64,000 nt of DNA, from NCBI RefSeq assembly GCF_009914755.1, contig NC_060936.1; one strand, 5' to 3'. Positions within the stretch are counted from its first letter, which is position 1; the number at the start of each line of letters is the position of its first letter. Under the pieces are notes generated by a model, which saw only the letters and a program-made list of their open reading frames with translations, was not told where the DNA came from and did not search any database. The stretch is from the human T2T-CHM13v2.0 reference genome, Homo sapiens. The translations under genes and the position numbers were made by a program. This document shows, piece by piece, positions 1 to 16,599 of the stretch.

Positions 1-3000
1 TCTGAGAAACTTCTCTGTGATGTGTGCATTCATCTACAGAGTTAAACTTTACTTTTGATTGAGAAATTTGGAACCACTGTTTTTGTAGAATCAGCAAAGG
101 GATATTTCAGAGCCCATTGATTCTTATGGCGAAAAAGGAAATATCTTCACCTAAAAAGTTAAAAGAAGCTTTCTGAGAAACTGCTTTGTGACGTGTGCAA
201 TCATCTCACAGAGTTAAACCTTTCTTTTCATTGAGCACTTTCTAATACTGTTTTTCTAGAATATAGAAAGGGATATTTGGGATCGTTTTGAGGCCTATGG
301 TGAACAAGAAGTTATCTTCTGATACAAACTAAAAAGAAGCATTCTCAGATATTGCTTTGTGATGTCTGCATTCATCTCACAGAGTTAAATGTTTCTTTTC
401 ATTGAGCACTTTCTAATACTGTTTCTCTAGAATATGGAAAGGGATATTTGGGATCACCTTGAGGCCTATGGTGAACCAGAAAATATCTTCTGATACAAAC
501 TAGTAGGAAGCATTCTCAGATACTGCTTTGTGATGTCTGCATTCATATCACAGAGTTAAACCTTTCTTGTGATTGAGTAGTTTCAAACACGGTTTTGGTA
601 GATTCTGAGAGAGGATATTTTGGAGCGCATTGATGCCTATGGTGAAAAAAGAAATACCTTCAGATACAAACTAGATAGAAGCTTTCTGAGAAACTGCTTT
701 GTGATGTGTACATTCATCTCACAGAGCTAAACCATTCTTTTGATTGAGCAGTTTTGAAACCCTCCTTGTGTAGAATTTTCAAAGCGATATTGGGGAGCCC
801 TTTGAGTCTTAAGGTGAAAAAAGAAGTATCTTCATATACAAACTAGACCAAAGCTTTCTGAGAAACTGCTTTGTGATGTGTGCATTCATCTCACAGAGTT
901 AAACCTTTGTTTTGATTGAGCAGTTTCTAACATTGTTTTTCTAGAATCTGTGAGGGGATATTTTGGAGCATTCTGAGCCCTATGGTGAACAAGGAAATAT
1001 CTTCTGTTAACAACTAGAGAAAATCTTTCTGAGAAACTGCAATGTGATGTGTGCATTGATCTCTTAGAGTTAAAACTTTCTTTTGATAAAGCAGTTTGGA
1101 AAGACTGTTTTTCTAGAATCTGCAAAGGGATATTTGGGAGTGCTCAGAAGCCTATGGTAATATAAACTATCTTCCAGTACAAACTAGAAAGAAAGTTTTT
1201 GAGAAACTGCTTTGTGATATGTGCATTCATCTAACAGAGTTAAACATTTCCTCTTATTGAGCAGCTTTGAAACACTGTTTTTGTAAAATCTGCAACAGTA
1301 TATTTGGGAGCACATTTAGGCCTATAGTTAAAAAGGAAATTTCTTCACTTAAAATCTAGAAAGAAGCCTGTGAGAAACTGCTGTGTGTTGTGTCTATTCA
1401 TCTCACAGAGGTAAACCTTTCTTTTGATTGAGCAGTTTGGAAAGACGGTTTTTCTAGAATCTGTGAAGGGATATTTGGGAGCGCCTTGAGGCTGATGGTG
1501 AACAAGGAAATATCTTCCAATACAAACTAGAAAGAAAGTTTCTGAGAAAATTCTTTGTGATTTATGCATTCATCTGACAGATAAAAGGAAACTGTTTGGA
1601 AACACAGTTTTGCAGTAACTGCGAAGGTATATTTGGGAGAGCTTTGAGGCCTATGGTCAAAAAGGAAATAACAGCAGATACAAACTAGACAGTAGATTTC
1701 TGATACACTCCTTTGTGAGGTGTGCATTCATCTCACTGAGTTAAACCTTTGTTTTCATTAAGCAGTTTGGAAAGAATGTTTTTCTAGAATCTGCAAAGGA
1801 ATATTTGGGAGCGCTTTGAGGCCTATGGTGAAAAAGGAGATATCTTCCTTTACAAACTTGAAAGAGTTTCTGAGAAACTGCTTTGTGATGTGTGCATTCA
1901 TCTCACAGAGTTAAACCATTCTTTTGATTGAGCCCTTTGGAAACACAGTTTTTGTAGAATCTGCGAAGGGATATTTGGGAGTGCTTTGAGACCTACGTTG
2001 AAAAAGTAAATATCTTCTGATACAAACTAAACAGAAAATTTCTGAGAAAATGCTTTGTGATGTGTTCATTCATCTCACACAGTTAAACCTTTCTTTTGAT
2101 TATGCAATTTGGGACCACTGTTTTTGTAGAATCTGTGAAGGGATATTTGGGAGCCCATTGATTCTTAATGTGAAAAAGGAAATGTCCTCACCTAAAAAGT
2201 CAAAAGAAGCTTTCTGAGAAACTGCTTTGTGATGAGTGCATTCATCTAACAGAGTTAAACCATTCTTGTGATTGAGCAGTTTCAAACACTGTTTTCGGAA
2301 ATTGGTGAAGGGATATTTGGGAGCTCATTGACGCCTATGGAGAAATAGGAAATATCTTCCGATACAAACTAGACAGAAGTTTCTGAGAAATTGCTTTGTG
2401 ATGTGTGCTTTCATCTCACAGAATTGAAACTTTCTTTTGGAGGAGTGGTTTGGATAAAATGTTTTTGTAGAATCTGTGAAGGGATATTTGGGGGCGCATT
2501 GAGGCTAATTGTGAAAAAGGAAATATCTTCAAAGAAAAACTAGAAAGAAGCTTTGTGAGAAGCTGCTTGGTGAGGTTTACATTCATCTCACAGAGTTAAA
2601 CAATTCTTTAGAAGGAGCAGTTTGGAAACACTGTATTTGTAGTATCTATGGGGGCATATTTGAAGTGCTTTGAGGCCTATGGTGAAAAGGGAAATATCTT
2701 CAGATAAAACTAGTGGAGCACGTTGGAAACACTATTCTTGTAGAATATGCAAAGAGATACTTTGGAGCGCATTGAGGCCTATTGGGAAAAGGACATCTCT
2801 TCAGAAAACAACTAGAAAGAAGCTTTCTGAGAAACTGCTTTGTGATGTGTATATTTGTCTCACAGAGTTAAACCTTTCTTTTGATAGAACAGTTTGGAAT
2901 CCCTCTTTTGCAGCACCTGTGAAGGGATATTTGGGAGGGCATTGAGTCCTATGGCAAAAAAGGAAATATCTTCAGATACAAACAAGAAAGAATCTTTGTG

Positions 3001-6000
3001 AGAAACTGCTTTGGGATGTGTGCATTCATCTCACAGAGTTAAAACTTTCTTTTGATTGAGCAGTTTGGAATCACTGTTTTTGTAGAATCTGCGAAGGGAT
3101 ATTTGGGAGAACATCGAGGCCTATGGTGTAAAAGGAAATATCTTCCAATACAAACTAGAAAGAAAGTTGCTGAGAAACTGCTTTGTGATGTCTGCATTCA
3201 TCTCACAGAGTTAAACCTTTCTTTTGAAGGAGCAGTTGGGCAACAGTGTATTCATAAAATCTACACAGGCATATTTGGGAGAGCTTTGAGGCCTATGGTG
3301 AAAAAGGAAATATCTTCAGAGAGAAACTAATCAGAAAATTTTGAGATACTGTTTTGTGATGTGTGCATTCAACCCACAGAGTTAAGTTTTCTTTTTCATT
3401 GAGCAGTTTGGAAATACAGTTTTTCTAGAATCTGCAAAGGGATATTTGGGACTGCATTGAGGCCTACATTGAAAAAGGAAAAAACGTGAAAGGAAGTTTC
3501 TGAGAAACTGCTTTGGGATGTGTGCATTCATCTCACAACGTTAAAAAATTCTTTGGATTGAGCAGTTTGGAAACACAGTGTTTGTTGGATCTGCAAAGGG
3601 ATATTTCAGAGCACATTGAGGCCTATGTTGAAAAAGGAAATATCTTCCAATACAAAGTAGACAGAAGCTTTCTGAGAAACTGCTTTGGGATGTGTGCATT
3701 CATCTCACAACGTTAAAAAATTCTTTGGATTGAGCAGTTTGGAAACAAAGTGTTTGTTGGATCTGCAAAGGGATATTTCAGAGCACATTGAGTCCTACGT
3801 TGAAAAAGGAAATATCTTCCAATACACAGTAGACAGAAGCTTTCTGAGAAACTGCTTTGTGATGTGTGCATTCATCTCACAGAGTTGAACCATCTTTTTG
3901 ATTAAGCAGTTTTCAACCACTGTTTTTGTAGAATCTGCAAAGGGTTATTTTGGAGCCCTTTGAGTCTTATGGTGAAAAAGGAAATATTCTCACATAAAAA
4001 CTAGAAAGGAGCTTTTGAAGAAACTACTTTGAGATATGTGCATTCATCTCACAGATTTAAAATTACTTTTGATTGAGCAGTTTGGAAATACCGTTTTTGT
4101 AGAATCTGCAAAGGTGTATTTAGAAGCACATTGAGACGACTGGTGAAAAAGGAAGAATCTTAACATAAAAACTGGAAAGAAGATTTCATAGAAACTAATT
4201 TGTGTTGCGCCCATTCTTCTGACAGAGTTAAACATTTCTTTAGATTGAGCAGTTTTGAAAAACCGTTTTTCTACAATCTACAAAGGGATATTTGGGAGTG
4301 CATTGAGGCCTATGGTGTAAAAGGAAATATCTTTTGATGTATACTAGAAAGAAAGTTACTGAGAAATGGCTTTTTGATGTGTGCATTCATCTCACAGAGT
4401 TAAACCTAACTTTTGATTGAGCAGTTTGGAACCACTGTTTATGTAGAATCTGCAAAGGAATATTTTGGAGGCCTTTGTGTCTTATGGTGAAAAAGGATGT
4501 AACTTCTCATACAAATTACTGAGAATCTGCTTGTGATGTGTGCATTCATCTCAAAGTTAAATCTTTCTTTTGATTGAGCATTTTGGAAACACTGCTTTTG
4601 TAGAATCTGCAATGTGACATTTAGGGGCCTTTGGGAGTTAAGGTGAAAAAGGAAATATCTTCACATAAAAACTAGAAAGAATATTTCTGAGAATCTGTTT
4701 TGTGATATGCGCATTCATTTCATAAAGTTAAACCTTTCTTGTGATTGAGAAGCTTGGAAACACTGTTTTTGTAGAATCTTTGAAGGGATAATTGGCAGCA
4801 CTTTGAGTCCTATGGTGAAAAAGGGAATATCCTCACATAAAAATTAGAAACAAGCTTTCTGATGAACTGCTTTGTGATATATGCATTCATCTCAAGAGTT
4901 AAACCATTCTTTGGATTGAGCAGTTCGGACACACAATGTCTGTAGAATCTGTGAGGAGATATTTGGGAACACATTGAGGCCTATGATGAAAAAGGATATA
5001 TCTTCCAATACAAACTAGACATAAGTTTCCTCAGAAACTGCTTTGTGATGTGCGCATTCATCTCACATAGTTGAACCATTTTTTTGAATGAACAGTTAGG
5101 AACCACTGTTTTTGTATTATCTGCAAAGGGATATTTTGGAGGGCTTTGTGTCTTCTGGTGAAAAAGGAAATATCTTCACATGAAAACTAGAAAGAAGCTT
5201 TCTGAGAAACTGCTTTGTGATATGTTCATTCATCACACAGAGGTAAAAGTTTCTTTAGATAAAGCAGTTTGGAAACACTGTTTTTGTTGAAGCTGCAAAA
5301 GGATATTTGGGAGTGCATTGAGGCCTCTGGTGAAAAAGGAAATATCTTCACACAAAAACTAGAAAGAAGTTTTCTGAGAAACTGTTTTGTGTTTTCTCCA
5401 TTCATCTCAGAGAGTTAAACATTTCTTTTGATTGTGCAGTTTGGAAAAACTGTTTTTCTACAATCTGCAAAGGGATATTTGGGAGCGAATTGAGGCCTAT
5501 GGTGAAAAAGGAAATATCTTCACATAGAAACTAAAAAGAAAGTATCTGAGAAACGGCTTTGGATGTGTACATTCATCTCACAGAGATAAACCTTTCTTTT
5601 CATTGAGCAGGTTGCAATCACTGTTTTTGTAGAATCTGCAAAGGAATATTTTGGAGCCCATTGAGTCTTACGGTGAAAAAAGAAATATCTTCCTATTCAA
5701 ACTACAAAGAAAGTTTCTGAGAAACTCCTTGTGATGTGCATTCATCTCACAGAGTTATATCTTTCTTTTGATTGAGCAGTTTGGAAAAAACTGTTTTTGT
5801 AGAATCTGAAAAGTAATATTTTGGAGACTTTTGGGTCTTAAGGTGAAAAAAGAAATATCCTCACATAAAAACTAGAAAGAATCTTTATGAGAAACTGCTT
5901 TGCAATACATATATTCATGTCACAGAGTTAAACCTCTCTTTTGTAGGAGTAGTTTGGAAACACAGTGTTTGTGGGATCTTTGAAGGGATATTTGGGAGTA

Positions 6001-7440
6001 CATTGAGGCCTATCATGAAAAAGGAAATATCTATCAATGCAAACTAGAAAGAAAGTTTCTGAGAAACTGTTTTGTGATGTCTGCATTCATCTGCCAGAGC
6101 TAAGCCATTCTTTTGATTGAGGGGTTTGGAAACACTCTTTTTGTAGAATCTGAAGAGGGATATCAGGGAGCCCTTTGAATCATAAGGTAAAAAGGAAATA
6201 TCATCCCATAAAAAATAGAAAGAACATTTCTGAGAGACTGCCTTGTGATATGTGTATTCATCTCACAGAGATAAAACTTTCTTTGAATTAAGCAGTTTGG
6301 AAACACTGTTTTTGTAGAATCTGCAAAGAAATATTTGGGTGCCCTTTGTGTATAAAGGTGAAAAAGGAAATATTTTCACATAAAAACTAGAAAGAAGCTT
6401 CCTCAGAAACTGCTTTGTGATATATGCCTTCATCTCACAAAGTTAAATCTTTCTTTTGATTCAGCAGTTTGGAAACACAGTTTTTGTAGAATCTGTGAAT
6501 GGATATTTGGGAGTATATTGAGTACTATGGTGAAAAGGAAATATCTTCTGATACAAACTAGAAAGAAAATTTCTGAGAAACTTCTATGTGATTTGTGCAT
6601 TCATCTCACAGAGTGAAACCATTCTTTTCATTGAGCAGTTAGGAAACACAGTTTTTGTAGAATATTCGAGGGGATATTTGGGAGTACATTGAGGCCTTTG
6701 TGGGAAGGGAAATATCTACTGTTACAAACTAGACAGGAGCTATATGGGAAACTGCTTTGTGATGTGTGCCTGCACCTCACAGAGCTAAACCATTTTTCTG
6801 ATTGAGCAGTTTGGAAACACTGTTTTGCAGAATGTGCAAAGGGATATTGGGGAGCCATTTGAGTCTTAAAATGAAAAAGGAAATAGCTTCACATGAGAAT
6901 TAGAAAAATATCTGTGAAACTGCTTTGTGATCTGTGCTTTCATGTCACAAAGGTAAACTTTTCTTTGGATTGAACAGTTTTTAAACACTGTTTTTGTAGA
7001 TTACAGAAGTGGGTATTCGGGAGCCCATTGATTTTTCCAGTAAACAAAAAATCTCCACATAAAAACTAACAGGAAGCTTTCTGAGAGGCTGCTTTGTGAT
7101 GTGTGCATTTATTTCACAGAGTTAAACCATGCTCTTGGTTGAGCAGTTTGGAAACTGTGTTTTTAGTATGTACAAAGGGACATATGGGAGGGCTTTGAGG
7201 CCTATTGTGAAAAAGGAAATATCTTCTGATACAAACTAGAGAGGAGCTTTATGAGAAACTGCTTTGTGATGTGTGCCTACACCTCAGAGAGCAAAACTGT
7301 TTTTTTGATTGAGCAGTTTGGAAACAAATTTTTGTAGAATCTGCAAACGGATATCACTGAGCCCTTTTATGCTTATGGTGAAAAAATGATATCTTCAGTT
7401 AAAAACTAGAAAGAAGTTTCCTGAGAAACTTCTTTGTGAA
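1..7440 (+). repeat. Ancient divergent monomeric alpha satellite, layer A (A-type/pJalpha-box monomers only)
   Basis: ~171-bp period of 'ctgagaaactgctttgtgatgtgtgcattcatctcacagagttaaac' and 'cctatggtgaaaaaggaaatatct'. Neighbouring monomers differ strongly and no CENP-B box was seen. Layer-typical variants are 'gatacaaactag', 'accattcttttg' and 'gagcccattga'. Right boundary approximate. Confidence 0.93.
3497..3840 (+). repeat. Recent single-monomer (172-bp) tandem duplication
   Basis: Both copies share the private variants 'cacaacgttaaaaaattc' and 'gtttgttggatc', with about 4 differences. ORF twins 3513 and 3685 are offset by 172. Confidence 0.92.
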
Positions 7441-10400
7441 GTGATCAGTTAGGAAATAATTTTTTGGAGAATCTGTACTGACATATTTGGGAGTGCAAGA
7501 GACCTATGCTGGAAAAGGAAATAACTTCTGATAAAAACTAGAAAGATTTTTCTGAGAAACTGCTTTATGATGTATGCATTCTTCTCACAGAGTTAAACCT
7601 TTCTTTTGACTGAGCAGTTTGGAAAAACTTTTTGCAAAATCTACAAAATGATATTTTGTAGCACAGAAAAGCCTATGGTGAACAAGGAAATATCTTCAGA
7701 TAAAACCTGGAAAGTAGAGTTATGAGAAACTACTTTCTGATGTGTGCATTCATCTTACAGAGTTAAATCCTTCTTTTGATGGAACAGTTTGGAAACACTG
7801 TTTTTGTCAAATCTGTGAAGGGACATTTGGGAGTGTATTGAGGCTTATGGTGGAAAAGGAAATATCTTCAAAGAACTAGACAGAAGCTTTCTGGGAAACT
7901 GCTTTGTGAAGTGTGCATTCATCTCACAGAGTTAAACCTTTCTTTTCTTTGAACAGTTTGGAAGCAATTTTTTTGTAGAGTCTGTGAAAGTTTATTTGGG
8001 AGTGCATTGAAGCCTATGGGGAAAAAGGAAATATATTCAGATAAAAACTAGAAGGAACTTTTCTGAGAAACCGCTTTGTGATGTATGCATTCATCTCACA
8101 GAGTTACTCTTTTTTTTGACTGAGCAGTTTGTCCAAACTGTTTTTGTATAATCTTCAAAGCGGTGTTAGGTAGCACAAAAAGGCCTGTGGTGAATAAGGA
8201 AATATCTTCTTATAAAAACTGAAAAGAAGTGTTAGGAGAAACTGCTTACTGATGTGTGCATTCTTCTCAGAAAGTTAAATCCTTCTTGTGATGGAACAGT
8301 TCAGAAACACTGTTTTTATAGAATGTGCGAAGTGATATTTTGAAACACATTGAGGCCTGTGGTGGAAAAGGAAATGTCTTCAGAGAAGAACTAGACAGAA
8401 GCTATCTGAGAAACTGCTTTGTGATGTGTACCTTCATCTCACAGAGTTAAACATTTCATTTAAGTGAGCAGTGTGGAAACACTATTTTAGCAAAAAAATA
8501 AAAAAGCCATATTAGGTAGCTCAAAAATGCCTATGGTGAAAAAGGAAATATCTTCAGATAAAAACTGTGAAAGAAGTGTTATGAGAAATTGCTTTCTGAT
8601 ATGTGCATTTAGCTCACAGTGTTAAGTCTTCCTTTGTATTAAACAGTTTGGAAACATTGTTTTTGTAGAATCTTCGAAGGGATATTTGGGAGCACAATGA
8701 GAACTATGGTGGAAAAGGAAATAACTTTAGAGAAGACCTAGACAGAAGTTTTGTGAGAAACTGATGTGTAATGTGTGCATTCATCTCACAGAGTTCAAAT
8801 TTTCTTTTGATTGAGCAGTTTGGAAAAACTGGATTTGTAGAATCTGTGAAAGGATATTTGGGAACATATTGAAGATAATGTTGAAAAAGGAAATATCTTC
8901 AGATAAAAACTAGAAAGAAGCTTTTTGAGAAACTGCTTATGCATTCAACTCACAGAGTTAAAACTTTCTTTTGATTGATCAGTATGAAAACACTGTTTTT
9001 GTAGACCTGCAAAGGGATACTTGGGAGTGCACAAGGCTTACAGTGAAAAAGGATGTAACTTCAGATAAAAACTAGAAAGAAGCTTTCTGAGAAAACTCTT
9101 TGTAATGTGTGTATTCTTCTCACTGATTAAACATTTCTTTTGAATGAGCAGTTTGGAAACACTGTTTTTGTAGAATCTGCAAAGGGTACTTGGGAGCATT
9201 CTGATGCCTATGGTGAAAAAGGAAACATCTTCAGATAAAAACTAGAAAGAAGCTTTTTGAGAAACTGCTTTGTGATGTGTGCATTCATCTCACAGAGTTA
9301 AATCTTTCTTTTGATCAATCAGATTGGAAACACTGTTTTTCTACAATCTGCAAAGGGATGTTTGGGAGCACACAAGGCCTATGGTGAAAAGGAAATAACT
9401 TCAGATTAAGACTAGAAAAAAGCTTTCTGAGAAACCGTTTTGTGATGTGTGCATTCTGCTCAAAGAGTTAAACGTTTCTTTTGATTGAGGAGTGTGGAAA
9501 CACTGTATTTGTAGAATCTGCAAAGGGATATTTGGGAGAACACTGATACATATGGTGAAAAAGGAAATATCTTCAGATAAAAAACAAAGAAGCTGTTCGA
9601 GAAACTGTTTTGTGATGGATGTATTCATCTCACAGATTTCTACTTTTCTTTTTACTCAGCAGTTTGGAAACACTGTTTTTGTATAATCTGTGAAGTGATG
9701 ATAAGTAACGCAAAAAGACCTATTGTGAACGAGTAAATATCTTCAGATAAAAACTGGAAAGAAGCATTATGAGAAGCTACTTTCTGATGTGTGCATTCAT
9801 CTCAAACAGTTAAATCCTTCTGTTGATGGAACAGTTCAGATACACTGTTTTTATAAAATCTGCGAAGGGATATTTGGGAGCACAAAGAGGCCTCTGGTGG
9901 AAAAGGAAATATCTTTAGACAAAACTAGACAGAAGTTGTCTGAAAAACTGCTTTGTGATGTGTGCATTCATTTGACAGAATTCAATCTTTCTTTTGATTG
10001 AGCAGATTGGAAACACTGTTTTTGTAGAATCTGCAGAGGTATATTTCAGAGCACACTGGCACCTATGGTGATAAAGGAAATATTTTAGGATAAAAACAAG
10101 TAGGAAGCTTTTTGAGAAACTGCTTTGTGATGTGTGCATTGAACTCACAGAGTAAAAGGTGTTTTTTGATTGAGCAGTTTAGAAACAGTGTTTTTGTAAA
10201 GTCTGCAACGGGATTTTTGGGAACACATTGAAGCCTATGGTGATAAAATAACATCAGATAAAAACTAGAAAGGAGGTTTTTGCGAAACTGCTTTCTGATG
10301 TATGCATTCATCTCACAGAGTTAACCCATTCTTTTGACTAAGCACTTTGGAAATCTTGCTTTTGCAAAATCTGTGAAGCAATATTAGGTACCGCAACAAA

Positions 10401-10565
10401 GCCTATGGAGACAAAGGAAATATCTGATAAAATATAAAGATAAAAACTGAAAAGAAGCGTTATGAGGAATTACTTTCTGATGTGTGCATTCACCTCATGG
10501 AGTTAAGTCTTTCTTTTTGTGGGACAGTTTGGATACACGGTTTTTTTATAATCTGTGAAGGGATA
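7441..10565 (+). repeat. Ancient alpha satellite, layer B (left of L1), with recurring distinct monomer types
   Basis: Same 171-bp frame with recurring variants 'gtagcacaaaaaggcc', 'aaaactggaaagaagcattatgag', 'ccttcttttgatggaacagtt' and 'cagagaagaactagac'. No CENP-B boxes. Confidence 0.88.
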
Positions 10566-10587
10566 TTTTTTCTTTTTTTCATTTATT
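10566..10587 (-). terminator. L1 polyadenylation signal and short degenerate poly(A) tail
   Basis: AATAAA (plus-strand tttatt, 10582-10587) followed by TG-A7-G-A6 on the minus strand. Confidence 0.8.
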
Positions 10588-10718
10588 ATTATTATACTTT
10601 AAGTTTTAGGGTACATGTGCACAATGTTCAGGTTAGTTACGTATGTATACATGTGCCATGCTGGTGCGCTGCACCCACTAACTCGTCATCTAGCATTAGG
10701 TATATCTGCCAATGCTAT

Positions 10719-10740
10719 CCCTCCCCCCTCCCCCCACCCC
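10719..10740 (-). other. L1 3'UTR G-rich tract (potential G-quadruplex)
   Basis: Minus strand reads GGGGTGGGGGGAGGGGGGAGGG. Confidence 0.8.
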
Positions 10741-10795
10741 ACAACAGTCCCCAGAGTGTGATATTCCCCTTCCTGTGTCCATGTGATCTCATTGT

Positions 10796-14613
<3,818 letters not shown>

Positions 14614-14676
14614 TATGATGTTAGCTGGTTATTTTGCTCATTAGTTGATGCAGTTTCTTCCTAGTCTCGATGGTCT

Positions 14677-15693
14677 TTACATTTTGGCATGTTTTTGCAG
14701 CAGCTGGTACCAGTTGTTCCTTTCCATGCTTAGCGCTTCCTTCAGGAGCTCTTTTAGGGCAGGCCTGGTGGTGACACAATCTCTCAGAATTTGCTTGTCT
14801 GTAAAGGATTTTATTTCTCCTTCACTTATGAAGCTTAGTTTGGCTGGATATGAAATTCCGGGTTGAAAATTCTTTTCTTTAAGAATATTGAATGTTGGTC
14901 CCCACTCTCTTCTGGCTTGTAGAGTTTCTGCCGAGAGATCCGCCCTTAGTCTGATGGGCTTCCCTTTGTGGGTAACCCGACCTTTCTCTCTGGCTGCCCT
15001 TAACATTTTTTCCTTCATTTCAACTTTGGTGAATCTGACAATTATGTGTCTTGGAGTTGCTCTTCTCGAGGAGTGTCTTTGTGGCGTTCTCTGTATTTCC
15101 TGAATCTGAATGTTGGCCTGTCTTGCTAGATTGGGGAAATTCTCCTGGATAATATCCTGCAGAGTGTTTTCCAACTTGCTTCCATTCTCCCCATCACTTT
15201 CAGGTACACCAATCAGACGTAGATTTGGTATTTTCATATAATCCCATATTTCTTGGAGGCTTTGCTCGTTTCTTTTTATTCTTTTTTCTCTAAACTTTCC
15301 TTCTCACTTCATTTCATTCATTTCATCTTCCACTGCTGATATCCTTTCTTCCAGTTGATCACATCAGCTCCTGAGGCTTCTGCATTCTTCACGTAGTTCT
15401 CGAGCCTTGGTTTTCAGCTCCATCAGCTCCTTTAAGCACTTCTCTGTATTGGTTATTCTAGTTATACATTCTTCTAAATTTTTTTCAAAGTTTTCAACTT
15501 CTTTGCCTTTGGTTTGAATGTCCTCCCATAGCTCGGAGTAATTTGATTGTCTGAAGCCTTCTTCTCTCAGCTCGTCAAAGTCATTCTCCATCCAGCTTTG
15601 TTCCGTTGCTGGTGAGGGGCTGCGTTCCTTTGGAGGAGGAGAGGCACTCTGATTTTTAGAGTTTCCAGTTTTTCTGTTCTGTTTTTTCCCCAT
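14677..15693 (-). pseudogene. L1 ORF1p (coiled-coil/RRM/CTD RNA chaperone), full length with two premature stops
   Basis: MGKKQNRKTGNSK...LLQKHAKM spans 1017 bp (338 codons plus stop) in one frame. In-frame TGA occurs at codon 110 (15364-15366) and codon 130 (15304-15306), both consensus CGA Arg codons (CpG decay). Confidence 0.96.
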
Positions 15694-16148
15694 CTTTGTA
15701 GTTTTATCTACTTTTGGTCTTTGATGATGGTGATGTACAGATGGGTTTTTGGTGTGGATGTCCTTTCTGTTTGTTAGTTTTCCTTCTAACAGACAGGACC
15801 CTCAGCTGCAGGTCTGTTGGAGTACCCTGCAGTGTGAGGTGTCAGTGTGCCCCTGCTGGAGGGTGCCTCCCAGTTAGGCTGCTCAGGGGTCAGGGGTCAG
15901 GGACACACTTGAGAAGGCAGTCTGCCCATTCTCAGATCTCCAGCTGCGTGCTGGGAGAACCACTGCTCTCTTCAAAGCTGACAGACAGGGACATTAAAGT
16001 CTGCAGAAGTTACTGCTGTCTTTTTGTTTGTCTGTGCCCTGTCCCCAGACGTGGAGCCTACAGAGGCTGGCAGGCCTCCTTGAGCTGTGGTGGGCTCCAC
16101 CCAGTTCGAGTTTCCCAGCTGCTTTGTTTACCTAAGCAAGCCTGGGCA

Positions 16149-16372
16149 ATGGTGGGCACCCCTCCCCCAGCCTGGCTGCCGCCTTGCTGTTTGATCTCAG
16201 ACTGCTGTGCTAGCAATCAGCGAGACTCCGTGGGGTAGAACCCTCCGAGCCTGGTGGGGGATATAATCTCGTGGTGCGCCATTTTTTAAGCCTGTCGGGA
16301 AAGCGCAGTATTTGGGTGGGAGTGACCCGATTATCCCGATTTTCCAGGTGCTGTCCATCATCCCTTTCTTTG
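16149..16372 (+). pseudogene. L1 antisense ORF0 remnant, frameshifted
   Basis: ATG at 16149 gives MVGTPPPAWLPPCCLISDCCASNQRDSVG* (ORF0: MAGAPPPASLPPCSLISDCCASNQRDSVGVG...). A 1-bp loss at ~16234 gives TAG at 16236-16238. The rest (VVRHFLSLSGKRSIWVGVTR..FSRC) lies in another frame. End approximate. Confidence 0.8.
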
Positions 16373-16588
16373 ATTAGGAAATGGAACTCCCTGACCCCTT
16401 GCGCTTCCCAAGTGAGGCAATGCCTCACCCTGCTTTGGCTCACACACGGTGCGCACACCCACTGACCTGCACCCACTGTCTGTCACTCCCTAGTGAGATG
16501 AACCGGGTACCTCAGATGGAAATGCAGAAATCACCTGTCTTCTGCGTCACTCAGGCTGGGAGCTGTAGACTGGAGCTGTTCCTATTCA

Positions 16589-16598
16589 GCCATCTTGG
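16589..16598 (-). promoter_or_regulatory. L1 YY1-binding site
   Basis: CCAAGATGGC on the minus strand at the extreme 5' end. The core is intact; the following CCG has decayed to CTG. Confidence 0.8.
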
Positions 16599-16599
16599 C

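Larger units (their letters stand above)
15694..16599 (-). promoter_or_regulatory. L1 5'UTR internal Pol II promoter (sense and antisense), CpG-decayed
   Basis: ~906-bp GC-rich segment upstream of the ORF1 ATG, matching the primate L1PA 5'UTR with many CG>TG/CA changes. Confidence 0.9.

Noticed and set aside
15714-16238. 174-aa plus-strand ORF in the L1 5'UTR
   Set aside because: It is an open antisense frame with a non-ATG start. Only the last 29 aa correspond to truncated ORF0.
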